From Podarcis gaigeae (taxonomy: Eukaryota): a stretch of DNA of 64,000 nucleotides. Shown piece by piece: positions 51,823 to 63,490 of the stretch. The translations under genes and the position numbers were made by a program. The notes below the pieces were generated by a model. It was not told the DNA's origin. It searched no databases and saw only the letters and a program-made list of their open reading frames with translations. Position 1 is the first letter of the stretch. Every line of letters starts with the position of its first letter. Location: the NCBI GenBank assembly GCA_964106915.2, contig OZ066914.1. One strand, given 5' to 3'.

Positions 51823-51944
51823 ATTTCTTCGCCAAGCGGAAAAGAGTCGTAGACTCGAAAGTGTCCGGGGATCATCCCAGCGCCTTGCCAGCTTCAGTCT
51901 CTGCTGTCCCCGCCGAGCAGACCCCCCGGAAAAGGCTCCGATGA
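51823..51944 (+). CDS. CDKN1C: p57Kip2 second coding exon (PCNA-binding motif and QT domain)
   Basis: Pyrimidine tract plus CAG acceptor (AG 51821-51822). Phase-1 splicing gives (HIT)DFFAKRKRVVDSKVSGDHPSALPASVSAVPAEQTPRKRLR*; human has ISDFFAKRKR...EQTPRKRLR. The next donor GAG|GTGAGC is at 51950. Total protein 238 aa. Confidence 0.97.
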
Positions 51945-52503
51945 ACGAGGTGAGCGAGCGATGGGTGCACGTCAAGATCGGCTATTTTTTAATACTTAGA
52001 AACGGGTGCAAGCTTTTTTTGGGAGGGAGGGGGGTTTCGATCGGCCTTGGGAAGCAGCTCGCCCCGCCTCTCGGAGAGGGGCGACCTCTCGTGCGTGACT
52101 GGTCGTTTGCAGAACAGTTGGGGCCGCTGCCAAAACTTGGCGGGGATTGCAAGGGAATGGGAAGGTAGCGGAGGCTTGCAAAAGGAGCCTCTCCTAACTG
52201 GTCAGTTGGGTGTGTTCCCCATTCTTCTCCCTCGGGCCCCCGATCTGGAGTAACTTCCTGATGGTCAGATATTGCATGGGGCTTGCTTGCTTTTTCTTTC
52301 TTTTTTTTAAAGCCATTCCGCCCCCTCCTCCACCGCTTTTGCTGACTCATCAGTTGCTCCTCGGGGGAGGGGAGAGCGAGGAGGAGGAGGGGGCGGGCGG
52401 GGGAGTCTCTTTGTATCGGCCAACAACTCCGTCCAGTTGCGACGTCGCCCGGGAGTCCTCTGTGCAAGTTTGTGCTATGTATGCGCTTGCTCTTCTCTTG
52501 CAG

Positions 52504-53290
52504 ATTTTGCACTACAACACCGAAGTGATTGTTTCCTTGGAAACACAAGAGCTTGAGAGGCCCTTCCTCCTCCACACGTTAAAAGGGACTGGCAAGAGAG
52601 ACCCAGAATAGGGAGGAAGAATCCCCTGGTTGTGTGTGTGTGTTTTTATCTTCTTCCCCGTTTTGTTTTTTTCGTTCCTCCTCTTCTACTCGTGCCCCAG
52701 AAGGAACTGCTTGTACCTCTATGTAGCAAAAGTGGCCCGACTACAAGCCACCTGACGGAGCAGTGTTAATTTACAACTGTGCAATGTATTACGTTTTATA
52801 TATATTAAAAATGTATTATGCCTAATGTGAGTACACTGGCCAGAAGTGTAAAAGCTTTAAAGTCATTTATATAAATGTTTAATCTCTGCTGATCTCTCAG
52901 TGCAAAACAAACAAAAAATGTATATTTGTAAAAAAACAAAACAAAAAAACAACTTAAGAGTTATACTAACTTATATTTTCTATTTATGTCAAGAAAAAAA
53001 AAGCGGATAACTTTGGTTGACACCCAGTAGTCTGTTTTGTGTGTTTGGTTTTTGTTTTTCTTATTTGGTTAAGCCAAAGGGCACTATATATTTGCTTTTT
53101 TGTTATTTACAAAAATGTAAATTTATTTTTATAGTGGGTTTTTTTGCATTCACAAAATGTAGCTATGAATCAAAATTAGTTATTACTTGAAAATAAATCT
53201 GATACAATGGTTCCTGAGCCGGTCTGTACCACTGCCACTGCAAATTTATGCCACAATGTTAAAATAAAAAGGAATCAAATGTCAATAAGC
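52504..53290 (+). other. CDKN1C: CDKN1C terminal non-coding exon (3'UTR)
   Basis: Acceptor TCTTCTCTTGCAG (AG 52502-52503). AU-rich sequence with blocks resembling the mammalian CDKN1C 3'UTR as I recall it (AGTCATTTATATAAATGTTTAATCTCTGCTGA; AGTTATACTAACTTATATTTTCTATTTATGTC). AATAAA at 53192 and 53263. The 3' end is approximate. Confidence 0.8.
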
Positions 53291-53305
53291 TGCCTTGGTG
53301 TTTAT
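53192..53305 (+). terminator. CDKN1C polyadenylation signals
   Basis: AATAAA at 53192-53197 and 53263-53268; the second is followed by a GU/U-rich downstream element (CTTGGTGTTT ~53294-53303). Confidence 0.65.
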
Positions 53306-56300
53306 AGCTTTTATTCTTATCACTCTGTGATTGGAACCCCCACCCCAGTGCACACAATTTTATTTTCTTTGGCTTCTTAAAATATAGTGTAACATCACTG
53401 TTAATATTATGCAATAATGGCCATTGGTTCCTTATGTAAGAGCAGGACTGTCAGCTTCTGTGTACTTTGAGAGCAAACCTGATGGATAGACTGACATTAG
53501 ATTAAAGTTATGTTCACCTCACACCTGATTAAACAACTTGCATAAGAAAGTTTGGCTGCAGACGTTGTACTGCACAAAAACCACACTCAAGGCAATCTTA
53601 GCCCTATTCCATTGTCTCTCTCCCACACCCAGTGGATACCTGCATTGAAGAGAAAAGCTGGGTATCTCTTTGGCCCTACCACACTGTCTGATCCCCATGT
53701 TTCAGACCCACTACCTTGGGATGGGAGCAGGGAGCCTACTCTCATGGCTTAATCTTTTTTTTTTTTTTTTTTGCACCACCACCATCTAACATCAGAAAGT
53801 ACCATTATTAGCCTTATTAACTAATACAAGGAAAAACATAAGCCATAAAACACAAGCATCCTTAAGTCACATTCAAATAAAAGTCACTTTCAAATTCTCT
53901 GCCTTGAATGTCCCAGTACCACCAGTCTGGTATGGTTCACACTGGAGAGACAATCTACTCACCTGTTTATGCAGAACACAAATTTGCTGTATCACATGGA
54001 CTACCAAAAGAAGCAGTCCAGCACTGAATATGAACTGCTAGCTGTGTCTTTTGAATTGTGATTTGCATAAACAATAGTTTTCAAGTGTGCATGCACACGA
54101 AAGCTCATACCAAGAACTAACTTAGTTGGTCTTTAAGGTGCTACTGGAAGGAATTTTTTTGTTTTGAATATTTTTCAAGGTACAGAGATACACACATACA
54201 TAATTTTACTTGTATGCTGCCTTTCCATAGTTAAATACTGGGGCGGCTTATAACATGAAAAAAATACATAATTACAAATACAACAAAAGTCACGAACAAT
54301 AAAACCTCAGAAAGTACACAACTAAACTGAACAATTTCCCCATATATGATAAAATAATATGAGAAAAAGAACAGTTAGAATCTATATAATAAATTTTGAA
54401 AAATGTAAAAATAAAATTGTTCAAACGATAAAAAAAAATTACAAATAATTCTCAACAGCAACAACAACCACCCTAAACAGTACCCCCAGCACTGTATTTA
54501 CTGCATGTAGGATGGCTTATTAACTTTAATCCTACCTGCATCTTGGAACATAGATGTGCCATGCCTCCCTCTAGACGACATCCCTGATTATTGGCAATGA
54601 TGGCTGTGAGCTGGGGATCGAAGCAGCATCTAGAGGGCCATAGTTTTCCTAGCCATGCTTTGGAAAGAAGGATAATTTTATTTCAGTAGCACTGGCTTAT
54701 ACCTTATAATATTTAAGACTAGAGGTGCAAAGCGTCATGAAGCTAAACTGCTCAGCTGCGAAGGCACAGGATGACTGCAATTAATTGATTCCATGGATGC
54801 CTCCTGTGGAACAGTGGGAAAGGGAACAGCAAGTTAGAATACACTGTGAAATGCATGGTGGTCGGTTGAAAGCCTGTTGGCTCTTTATACGCTTGTAAAG
54901 GTGCACTCTAGGTGTTGTGTGTGTATTGGAGGCACACTGTTTTTGTCAATAGAAAAGCCACGAGGAAGGAATTTTCTATCGCCTTCTGAAAATATCATTG
55001 GCTAATGTCTTTAAAAGGTATGTATATGGCCCTCTGCCCTGTGATCTTCAGATGAAGGGTGGTATGGAAATTTTATAACAATAACATTTGTTTTTAGGTG
55101 GGAGTTGAGAAATCAGTGTTAGTTTTGCATAAGATGTGACATCCATCTTTTGAATATATTTACTTCAAAAGAAGCCCCATTCATTTCTATGGAAGCAAAT
55201 GTGGTTCTGATTGTAGCCCATAAAGGGGGGGAATGTTTTAAGTATGGCTCAATGGGACCTTCTGCCATAATTCTGTACTCCAGCTCATGTCCAGCGATTG
55301 TGCACCACATTGTTAAGATGTACCCATAAAACACAGTGCCCAATACAGCCTAGAAGCAATTGCGCTGATGTAACGAACACCTGCTTTCAGCAATGTGCAT
55401 TGTAAGAGGTCCATGGGCCTGTGAGATATGATTGGCTCCATCTCCTCTCTTGAGCTTAAAATGACAAAGGGCATCTGTCAGTATGCTACAAAAAATATCA
55501 CTCTGTATGATGTCATTCCAAGTTTAGGACTCCATTGTTAAGAGAAGTGTTTCGATTCAATGAACTCGGTAAATATTTTGCCAATGATCACAACAAAATG
55601 CAGGTTGCATTTCAGAGAGGTACTTCACATATTGCGATCTGGCCACCATCAATAAGACATAAAGAGATGTAATGGAAGGACCTCAACAACCGGTACCCTG
55701 TTTCAGTCTCTTTCTCTGCAGCCTCCAGTTCCCCTGACGTGTGCCATGCCTTGGCACACCCCTCATACACTACTGCAAAGATTTGAACTGGCCGTTTAAA
55801 TCTCCTAGTGACCCGTTATTTATGGATCATTGGCACGATAAACCACAGTGGCTCTTCTGCCATGTCAATGCACTCAGGGAGCCCTTAATCCTTAACTCAA
55901 TAGCTGAGAGCCATTCTGGTCTTGTCCACAATAGCATATATCTTTACAAAATATTGCATCTGTTGTGCATGCTTCCCAGCACAGCCATAAATTTCCTGGA
56001 ATGTCAAAATCTTGGCCTTTAATTAAATGTGCCTTATCTCTCCCTCACTCACACATACAATATAGCCAGATAGATTAAGGCTGTGAGCCTAAGAGACTTC
56101 AAAATAAGTGCCAAGCAAACCGATGGGACTTATTTTCAGGTAACACATATAAGTAAAAATTTATAGCATTCTTATTTACATGAACCATTGATTTCAATGG
56201 AACTTTACCTTTACATAAAATTGCAATCAAAAGCTTTCCTCAAAACTTACTGAAGTCCAATTGCAATCCGAACTCAGAAGTAAACAGATATTATTATTTA

Positions 56301-56581
56301 TTGAATTTGTTAGATGTTTTATCTTGCCCAGGGCAACCCAAAGAAACTTACAACCAAACAGATGGACAAATAAAGGGGAGACCCACATAGATATATTAAA
56401 ACCAAGAGGAAAAAGAAATACATTAAAAACATCCCACCCAGTTCTAAAAGGCCACAGTTACTTAAAGATCAGTGTTGTCTAGAGGCCAGGCAAGCTTCCT
56501 TAAAGAGAACATTCAACAAATGGGGAGCCAGCAAAGAAAAAGCCCATTCTTGTATTGCCACCCTCCTCCTCCTCCTTTGGC

Positions 56582-57355
56582 AATCACTCCTAGCCGAGTA
56601 AGATTGTCTCCATAAACACCGTTTTAACAATGAGTCCATAAGTGACTATGGAGGCCAATTGTGAATCCACACGTCCTTCCACAGTGGGGACATTGGTTTC
56701 CAGGCGGGAGTTGATCACGGTGTTGATTTGCCAAGCGTGCCTTCTTCTTAGCACGTTTCTCCCTTGCATCCTGAGTTCGAGTGTCTTCAAAGCCCATGAC
56801 ACCATTGGTAAAGGCTGTTCTCCAACTGGAGTGCTCGCAGGCCAGTGTTTCCCAGTTGTTGGTGTTTATACTCCTTTTGTTAAAGATTTGCCTTGAAACA
56901 GTCTTTAAACCTCTTTTGTTGACCACCAGCATTATACTTTCCATTTTTAAGTTCAGAATAGAGTAGTTGCTTTGGAAGACGATCATCAGGCCTCCATACA
57001 ACGTGACCAGTCCAACGAAGTTGATGTTGAAGAATCATTGCTTCAACACTGGTGATCTTTGCTTCTTCCAGTACACTGATATTAGTTCACTTGTCTTCCC
57101 AAGTGATGTGTAAAATTTTTCGGAGACACCGTTGATGGAATCTTTCAAGGAGTTGGAGATGGCGTTTATAAGTGGTCCATGTTTCACAAGCATACAGTGA
57201 AGTTGGTAGTACAATAGCTTTGTAAAGAAGCATTTTGGTTTCCCTGCGAATGTCCCAGTCCTCAAACACTCTGCACTTCAATCGGGAAAAAGCCACATTC
57301 GCAGAGCTCAGGCAATGCTGGATTTCGGCATCAATGTTGGCCCTTGTGGAAAGAT
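56582..57355 (-). mobile_element. Non-BovB RTE-clade LINE, 5'-truncated, inserted in an L2 remnant (~56290-57490)
   Basis: AFSRLKCRVF...TKMLLYKAIVLPTSLYACETW...LERFHQRCLRKILHITWEDK and a C-terminal C2H2 finger CPHCGRTCGFTIGLHSHLWTH. Confidence 0.88.
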
Positions 57356-57529
57356 AACAGACCTCTCATGAAGGGGGCCTCAGATGGTGATCGCAGGGTC
57401 TGGGTCGGTACATTTGGGAAGAGGCGTTCCTTGAGGTATTGCGATCCTGAGCCATTTAAGGCTTTAACAGGTCAAAAACAGCACTTTAATTTACTTTCCA
57501 TAGTGTTTAGGATCAGATGCAAGCTTACT

Positions 57530-57776
57530 GAGAGCCAGTGTGGTGTAGTGGTTAAGAGCGGTAGTCTCCTAATCTGGGGAACCGGGTTCGCGTCTCCGCT
57601 CCTCCACATGCAGCTGCTGGGTGACCTTGGGCCAGTCACACTTCTTTGAAGTCTCTCAGCCCCACTCACCTCACAGAGTGTTTGTTGGGGGGGAGGAAGG
57701 GAAAGGAGATTGTTAGCCGCTTTGAGACTCCTGAAGGGGAGTGAAAGGCGGGATATCAAATCCAAAAACTCTACTT
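57530..57776 (+). mobile_element. tRNA-derived SINE (Squam3-like)
   Basis: A box TGGTGTAGTGGTTAAGAGC, B box GGTTCGCGTCT, CORE-like GGGTGACCTTGGGCCAGTCAC, L2-like tail. Confidence 0.75.
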
Positions 57777-58699
57777 GGGAATGAGCCTTTTATAAGCAGT
57801 AGATGGTCCCTAAATTCAGTTACTCATAAAGAGAATAGGATGAAACCAGTGAGATTTGCTCAAGTATAGGTCCATGTTTGGAAGCTTCAAAATAAGCCAC
57901 CATGCTAGCCTGCAGCAGCAAAACAAAGCTGGTACTTTAAAGATGAACAGATTCCTTAAGCTTTGATGAACTAGAGTTCACTTCTGATGGGGGGATTGGA
58001 AAGACAATTTTCCATACATAACAAAATCATGTCATGTTCAGTACCCAGATTATATCAACCTGTTAATACTGATCACTGTTCAATGGTGCAGGTTGTAGTA
58101 GCAGCGAGCTGGACTAGATGATCCTCAGGGTCCCTTTGAACTCCATGATTCTATTATGCTAAGCCTCTGTCAGCAGTAGTGCCTGTCCCTAAATAGTGAT
58201 TTCTCAGGCGGTGAAAACCCCATTTACTTACTGCGGAGTGTGCAGAAGCTTGCAATCCTGTGCACGGTTATCAGAGTAAGTGTGAGTAAATATGCCTAGT
58301 ACTGTACTGGGTTGTAGGAGTGCAACTTTACTTATGAGGTTAACCCATTAAAAAGAATCCAACTCGATGGTCCTGGGGCGGCTCCTCCCTCCTTAGATGG
58401 CCACGTGTGTTATTTCACTTGCTTCAAAATGTGGTAAGCAGCCAGCCCTACTGACTTCCCGTCCTGCCCTACTGCACTACTTACTGAGCCAAATTCCTGG
58501 CCTGACGGCACCGTCGATCCAACCCCAATTCATGGGGCTTCCGAGTAAACAGATCTGGAATTTAGGATCTCGTCGTAAATGGGAAGATCTGGGTTCTAGT
58601 AGCTTGAGCAAAGGAGATTGATTTTGCAATTCTGAGGGAGGGCTGTTAATCCGTCTCCCCAAATTACCCGTCGAACAATAGGTTATTAGGAGCAGTAAA

Positions 58700-59700
58700 G
58701 TGAAACTGGTCCGGAGTCTTTTTTTTTTGTGTGTGTGTGTGTGTACGAATATCTTCTGGCCTTTACGGTAACTTCTGCGTCTCGTTTACACGCCCCCACA
58801 CCCCCTTTACGCAGCGCTCTAATATTCATAAGTGGCACAGGAGTGACCCTGGTTCCTCCGCCCCTTCGGAGCCCGGCGCTCTCGGCCGCCTTCGCCCCGC
58901 CCTTCCTCCCGCCCCGCAGCTCCGAGCTCGGCGCAGTTTCTTTGATCCCGGGGGGCGCTTCCCGCTCAAAGAGGGCGCTTCCTTGCGAGTCAGTGGCACC
59001 CAAAGGCAGGGAAGCTCCTTCCATGTAACAGGTCGCTCAGAGAAAGGGGCTATTCGGAGCGGGACCTGCTCCCGCCTACCCCCCCCCCCTCCGCCAAGTT
59101 GCTTTTAACTTGTGGAGTCGCGTGAAAACAGTCGTCGTAAAACGGCCTTAGGCGGCTGCAAGTACTCCAGGGAACCAAAGTCTGGAAAGGCGCTGTCGGG
59201 ACGTGTATGTGTGTGTGTGTTTTGAAACTCTGGGAGCCGCCATTCCAGATGCTTTGCACGCAACGTGTAAGAAGCGGTCCTTCCAGGGACCACTCGCTTC
59301 CTTTCAATGAATGCTTGCTAGGACCTGAGTGTAGCGGGAAATGAAGCGGGGGGGTGGGGGAGGGCACGGCGTCGAGGGTGCAGGAGGAGATTCCGTGTGC
59401 AGTTCAGAAGCCAGGCTCGATTTCTCCGCAGTCTGCAGAAAGGAGTGAGACTCCCGCTTGTGGGATCCTGGCTTTGATTTTGCCCCGCTTGGGCTTGGTC
59501 GGACCCAGCTGACAGAAAAGCCCTGTCTTGGGAGTGTGTGTGTGTGTGAACTTGCTCCCCTCGGGTTCTCCTCCCTTCCCTTCCCCTCCCCCACCTCCAG
59601 CTACAAAGCGATCGCCGACGGTATCTTCTTCCGACCGACAGGGTCGGTCTGTGGGGTTGTTTGGATATCAGCTCCTTAGAGGAGGTTCCTTGAGATACTA
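58700..59700. promoter_or_regulatory. Orphan CpG island downstream of CDKN1C
   Basis: CpG- and GC-rich block with no recognisable coding exon or TE hallmarks; GC boxes (CCCCGCCC) and an E2F-type GCGGGAAA ~59334. Confidence 0.7.
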
Positions 59701-62024
59701 CTCCTCTTAGCAGTAGTATTAGTTATTGTGGGAGGCCTTTCGACTCCTGCTTGAATCAAGCGGCCTCTGGATTCTGGATATCTTCTCTCCTCTCCACCCG
59801 GTGCCCCGGTCCTTTCTTTTTATATTAAAAAGAGTAAGAGAAGTCCGATACGACAACACATATTCTAAGCCAGGGAAGCTTTTTAAGAATCCAGCCGGTT
59901 GTACTGATTTAAAACAGAATCGTCTCTCCCTCGAAATTCTTCCCCGGGATTAAGCTCAGGCACCGCCCCCTCGGCATAAAAGTAACCTTGATTTACGTCC
60001 AAACTGTATGATCACTTAATCAAGAGAACTGGATGTTTTTCATAGGCCTCTCTGCCTATGGCGCTGGTTGGAGGCGATTGTCCCTTTTGAAAGGTGAAAG
60101 TTGGGTGGGTGGGGGGAAAGGAGCCTCCCCCCTCCTTATTAAACGCCAACAATACATGGAGGGAGGCAGCTGGATCCTCCAGGATTTATGGGCTTTTCTC
60201 TTGCTTTCATGCAAGCAGGTGTCTCTGGGGCTGCCATTGTCTCAGCCCACCCCACCCCCATGGCTAAGAATAGGAGCTTCTGAAATGAAAGATCCGCAGG
60301 CCTCAGCCTTCAAATGGCCCGGCCTCGGCTGCTGCAGCCCTCCGCTAAGGTGCAAGAAGCCACCCTCAGGCAGTTATTAAACTGATTTAGGAGTTTAGCT
60401 GCTTTTCAGAGCATCCTATTTTATCTGTACACAAAGACCTTGGCAAGCGGCACAGCAGCTAACCTTGAATTCTGGATGCTCCTGCAAGGGTTTTAAGATC
60501 TAGAGATTAGCTCCCATTGAAGAGCAGCACTTCAGCTATCTTGGGGAGTGGGGGTGTTTGTTTGCCTGTTTTGCTTTTTATTTTGGCTTTTCCAGTATCT
60601 TTGCTGTTACACGCTATGTCAAAATCGGCCACAGTCCAGAGCTCAGGGAAATGAGTGAGCTTAAGCACACCTGACCTTTGGGGGGGCGGTGGTCTGCCCT
60701 TAGTTTATCATCCTTGTACACCAGTATGAATTTCTGCCACCCTCTCAGGATGCTTCCAGATGGGAGTTTATTGTGGGATCAGAACACCTCATCCATGTGG
60801 GCACCTATGGGCAGATCTGCGCCATACATTCAAAGCACACCCAGCGCACATTTAAACCAAACAATTTACCCTAAAGAATCGTGGGAACTGTTGTTGCCCC
60901 CTCACAGAGCTCCAGGTCTCAACACACTTACCAAACTGCAGTTCCCAGGATTCCTTAGGGGAAGTAATGTGTCCAAAATATGCATTGAATGTGCTTTAAA
61001 TGTATGGTTCAGATCTGCCCTATGTCGTTGGCATCAAAATGCAAGTCTGTATTCAGCTACCCTTTATTCTGGGTTTAAGTTTTTAAAAGAACAAACAAAA
61101 CTGTTGCCAACTAACCATTTGCAATATCTCAATGACTTGCTTGCAATATAAAGGCCCAGTCTGGAAGTACCCTCGGTCCACTTCCATTTGATGCCTATAA
61201 AAGCTCCAAGCTGCAGCAAGCCAGTGGCTGAAATCTTGGGATGTTGAGAGGTGGACATTATGTTTAGCATTAGACTAGTGGGTGTTCCAATCCGGGCTAG
61301 GATGCTGCAGGACATTCCCAAATTGGTTTTTGCAGCTGCTGCTGCTTTATAGAAATGTATGCTCCATCACGAGTGGAGAAGCCTTTGTAGAAGTTAGAAA
61401 CCAGGGAAATTGTAGACAGGACACCATTTATTCAGTAATCATCCTGAATGGTTTGTAGGGAGTTAGATCAAAGCAAGTCTTTACCCACACTATCCAGCAC
61501 ATTTTCCAGTCATTTTCCTTATCACAAAAGTCTGTTCTTTTTGGGAAGCAGGTGACCTTCCAATCAAGTTATGATTCTGCATTTTGAATTTGCCAGAGTG
61601 TGGCTGAATCCCACCCGAAAATAGTGACAGCCTGGAAGCACCAAAATGTCAAAAGAAGGGGAAAAAATAATACTGTTTTGAGTTTCCAAAATGTCATGGA
61701 AACAGGGAATTGTGTTGTTCTGTTATAATGATATTTAGGTGAATTGACAGAATTAGAAGAGAGCGCAAAAGCTGAGGTGGTGTACAAATGTCTACTGAAA
61801 ATTATCACAGGCTGATAAATAATTTAGAAATTTGTTGATTTGGTTTCTCTCTTAGGAAAAAGTTACAAGTTGACAATGTGTTAGTATGCTTGTCAGTCAT
61901 ACATATTACAATTTGAATTGTTTTTAATAAGGCAGAAGCCTATGTAACAGCAGGAATGGGGGATTGGTGGCCCTCATCCCTGACTATTGGCTATGCTAGC
62001 TGGGGCTAATGGGAGCTGGAGTCC

Positions 62025-63490
62025 AACATAAGAAGAGCCCTGCTGGATCGGACCAAAGACCCATTTAGGCCAGCATCCTGTTCTCACAATGGCCAACCAG
62101 ATGCCCATGGGAATCCTGCAGGCAGGCCCTGAGTCCAGCAGTCCTCTCCTCACTTGTGATTCTCAGCAACTGATATTCACTGTCTCTAACAGTGGAACTG
62201 ACAGGCCTCACCTCCATGGGTTTGTGTAAACCTCTTTTAAAAGCTACCCAAGTTGGTGATAATCATTACATCTTGTGACAGTGGATTCCATAGTTTGTCT
62301 ATGTGCTGTGCGAAGAAGTACTATTCTTTTGCCTGCTGAATCTTCCAAGATTCAGCTTCACTTGATGCATTATGAAAGATAATTGGCTCACTGGATGTCC
62401 ACTTTCTCAACATCACACACAATTCTGTACACCTCTATCATGTCTCACTGCACTTCCTTCTGAACTAAAATGTCCCCAATATTGTGTGACCTTTCCTCAT
62501 AGGGGACTTCAGCCAACACCTTGATCATTGTAGTTGCCCTTTCGGAACTGTCTTCAGCTCTACAATGACCTTTTTGAGGTGAGGCAACCACAACTGAACA
62601 CAGTATTCCAAGTGTCCCTGGTATTTTTGTATATTTGTATAAATGTCATTATGATACTGGCATTTTTATTATCAATCCCTTTCCTATCCCTAACATGGAA
62701 TTCACCTTTTTCACAGTTGCCACTCACTGGGTCGACACCTTCATCAGCTATCCATTATGGCCCAAAGGTCACATTCCTGGCAATATCAGACCTTGTTAAC
62801 TTATATGTGAAATTAGGGTGTAATGGCTTGGGTTTTTTTAATGCCTCAATATGATGCTTACGTTGCTTTGCCTTTCTACTGCCCATTCACCCAGTTTGGA
62901 GAGAACCTTTTGGAGCTCCTTACAATGACTTTTTGTTTAGATCCTCCGGAACAATTTGGTATCATCAGCAAACTTGGCTACATTACTGCTCACAGGTTCC
63001 AATATTGATCCTCAGGGAACTCCCTCCAGGTAATTCCTTTTTCCTAGCATGGAATTTGCTTTCCCCCCACAGCTCCTTCAGACTGAGAGGGCATTTTCTA
63101 TTAGCTGTCTACCATGGCCCCACAATCTCTTATCTGGTGTGAAGATTTTCTGCTGTAGTGTGCATCACTTTAGGATGAAGCTCTCAGTTCTTCCTTATGA
63201 AAGTCTTCACCGTCTACCTGGATTTTCACTACTCTGAATAATTTGGTGTTATCCTAAAACTTGGGCCTTTCACTGGCTCCCTCCTAACTCCAATTCATTT
63301 ATGAGAAAGTTAAACAGCACTGGTTCCAGTACAGATCCTTGGGAGAACCCATTTCGGCATGCCATCTTTCTCTGTTTTTGTTGAACCAGTTTCTAATCTG
63401 TAAGAGGGTCTGTCCTCTCATCCCATGGCTGCAAAGTTTAGTCACAAGCCTTTGATGAGAGACTGTCAAATGTATTTTAGATGGCCAAAT
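62025..63490 (-). mobile_element. Old CR1 LINE 3' region
   Basis: 3'UTR-like AACATAAGAAGAGCCCTGCTGGATC and reverse-strand RT remnants (TTTGGTATCATCAGCAAA = FADDTK; CCAGTACAGATCCTTGGGAGAACCCCA resembles GVPQGSVL). Confidence 0.7.

Larger units (their letters stand above)
50080..52460. promoter_or_regulatory. CpG island covering the CDKN1C promoter, coding exons and introns
   Basis: Abrupt rise in GC and CpG relative to the CpG-depleted flanks; boundaries estimated by eye. Confidence 0.9.

Noticed and set aside
50690-52611. Long antisense and overlapping ORFs (174, 182, 197 aa and others) in the CpG island
   Set aside because: Expected from the scarcity of stop codons in GC-rich DNA; no recognisable domains.
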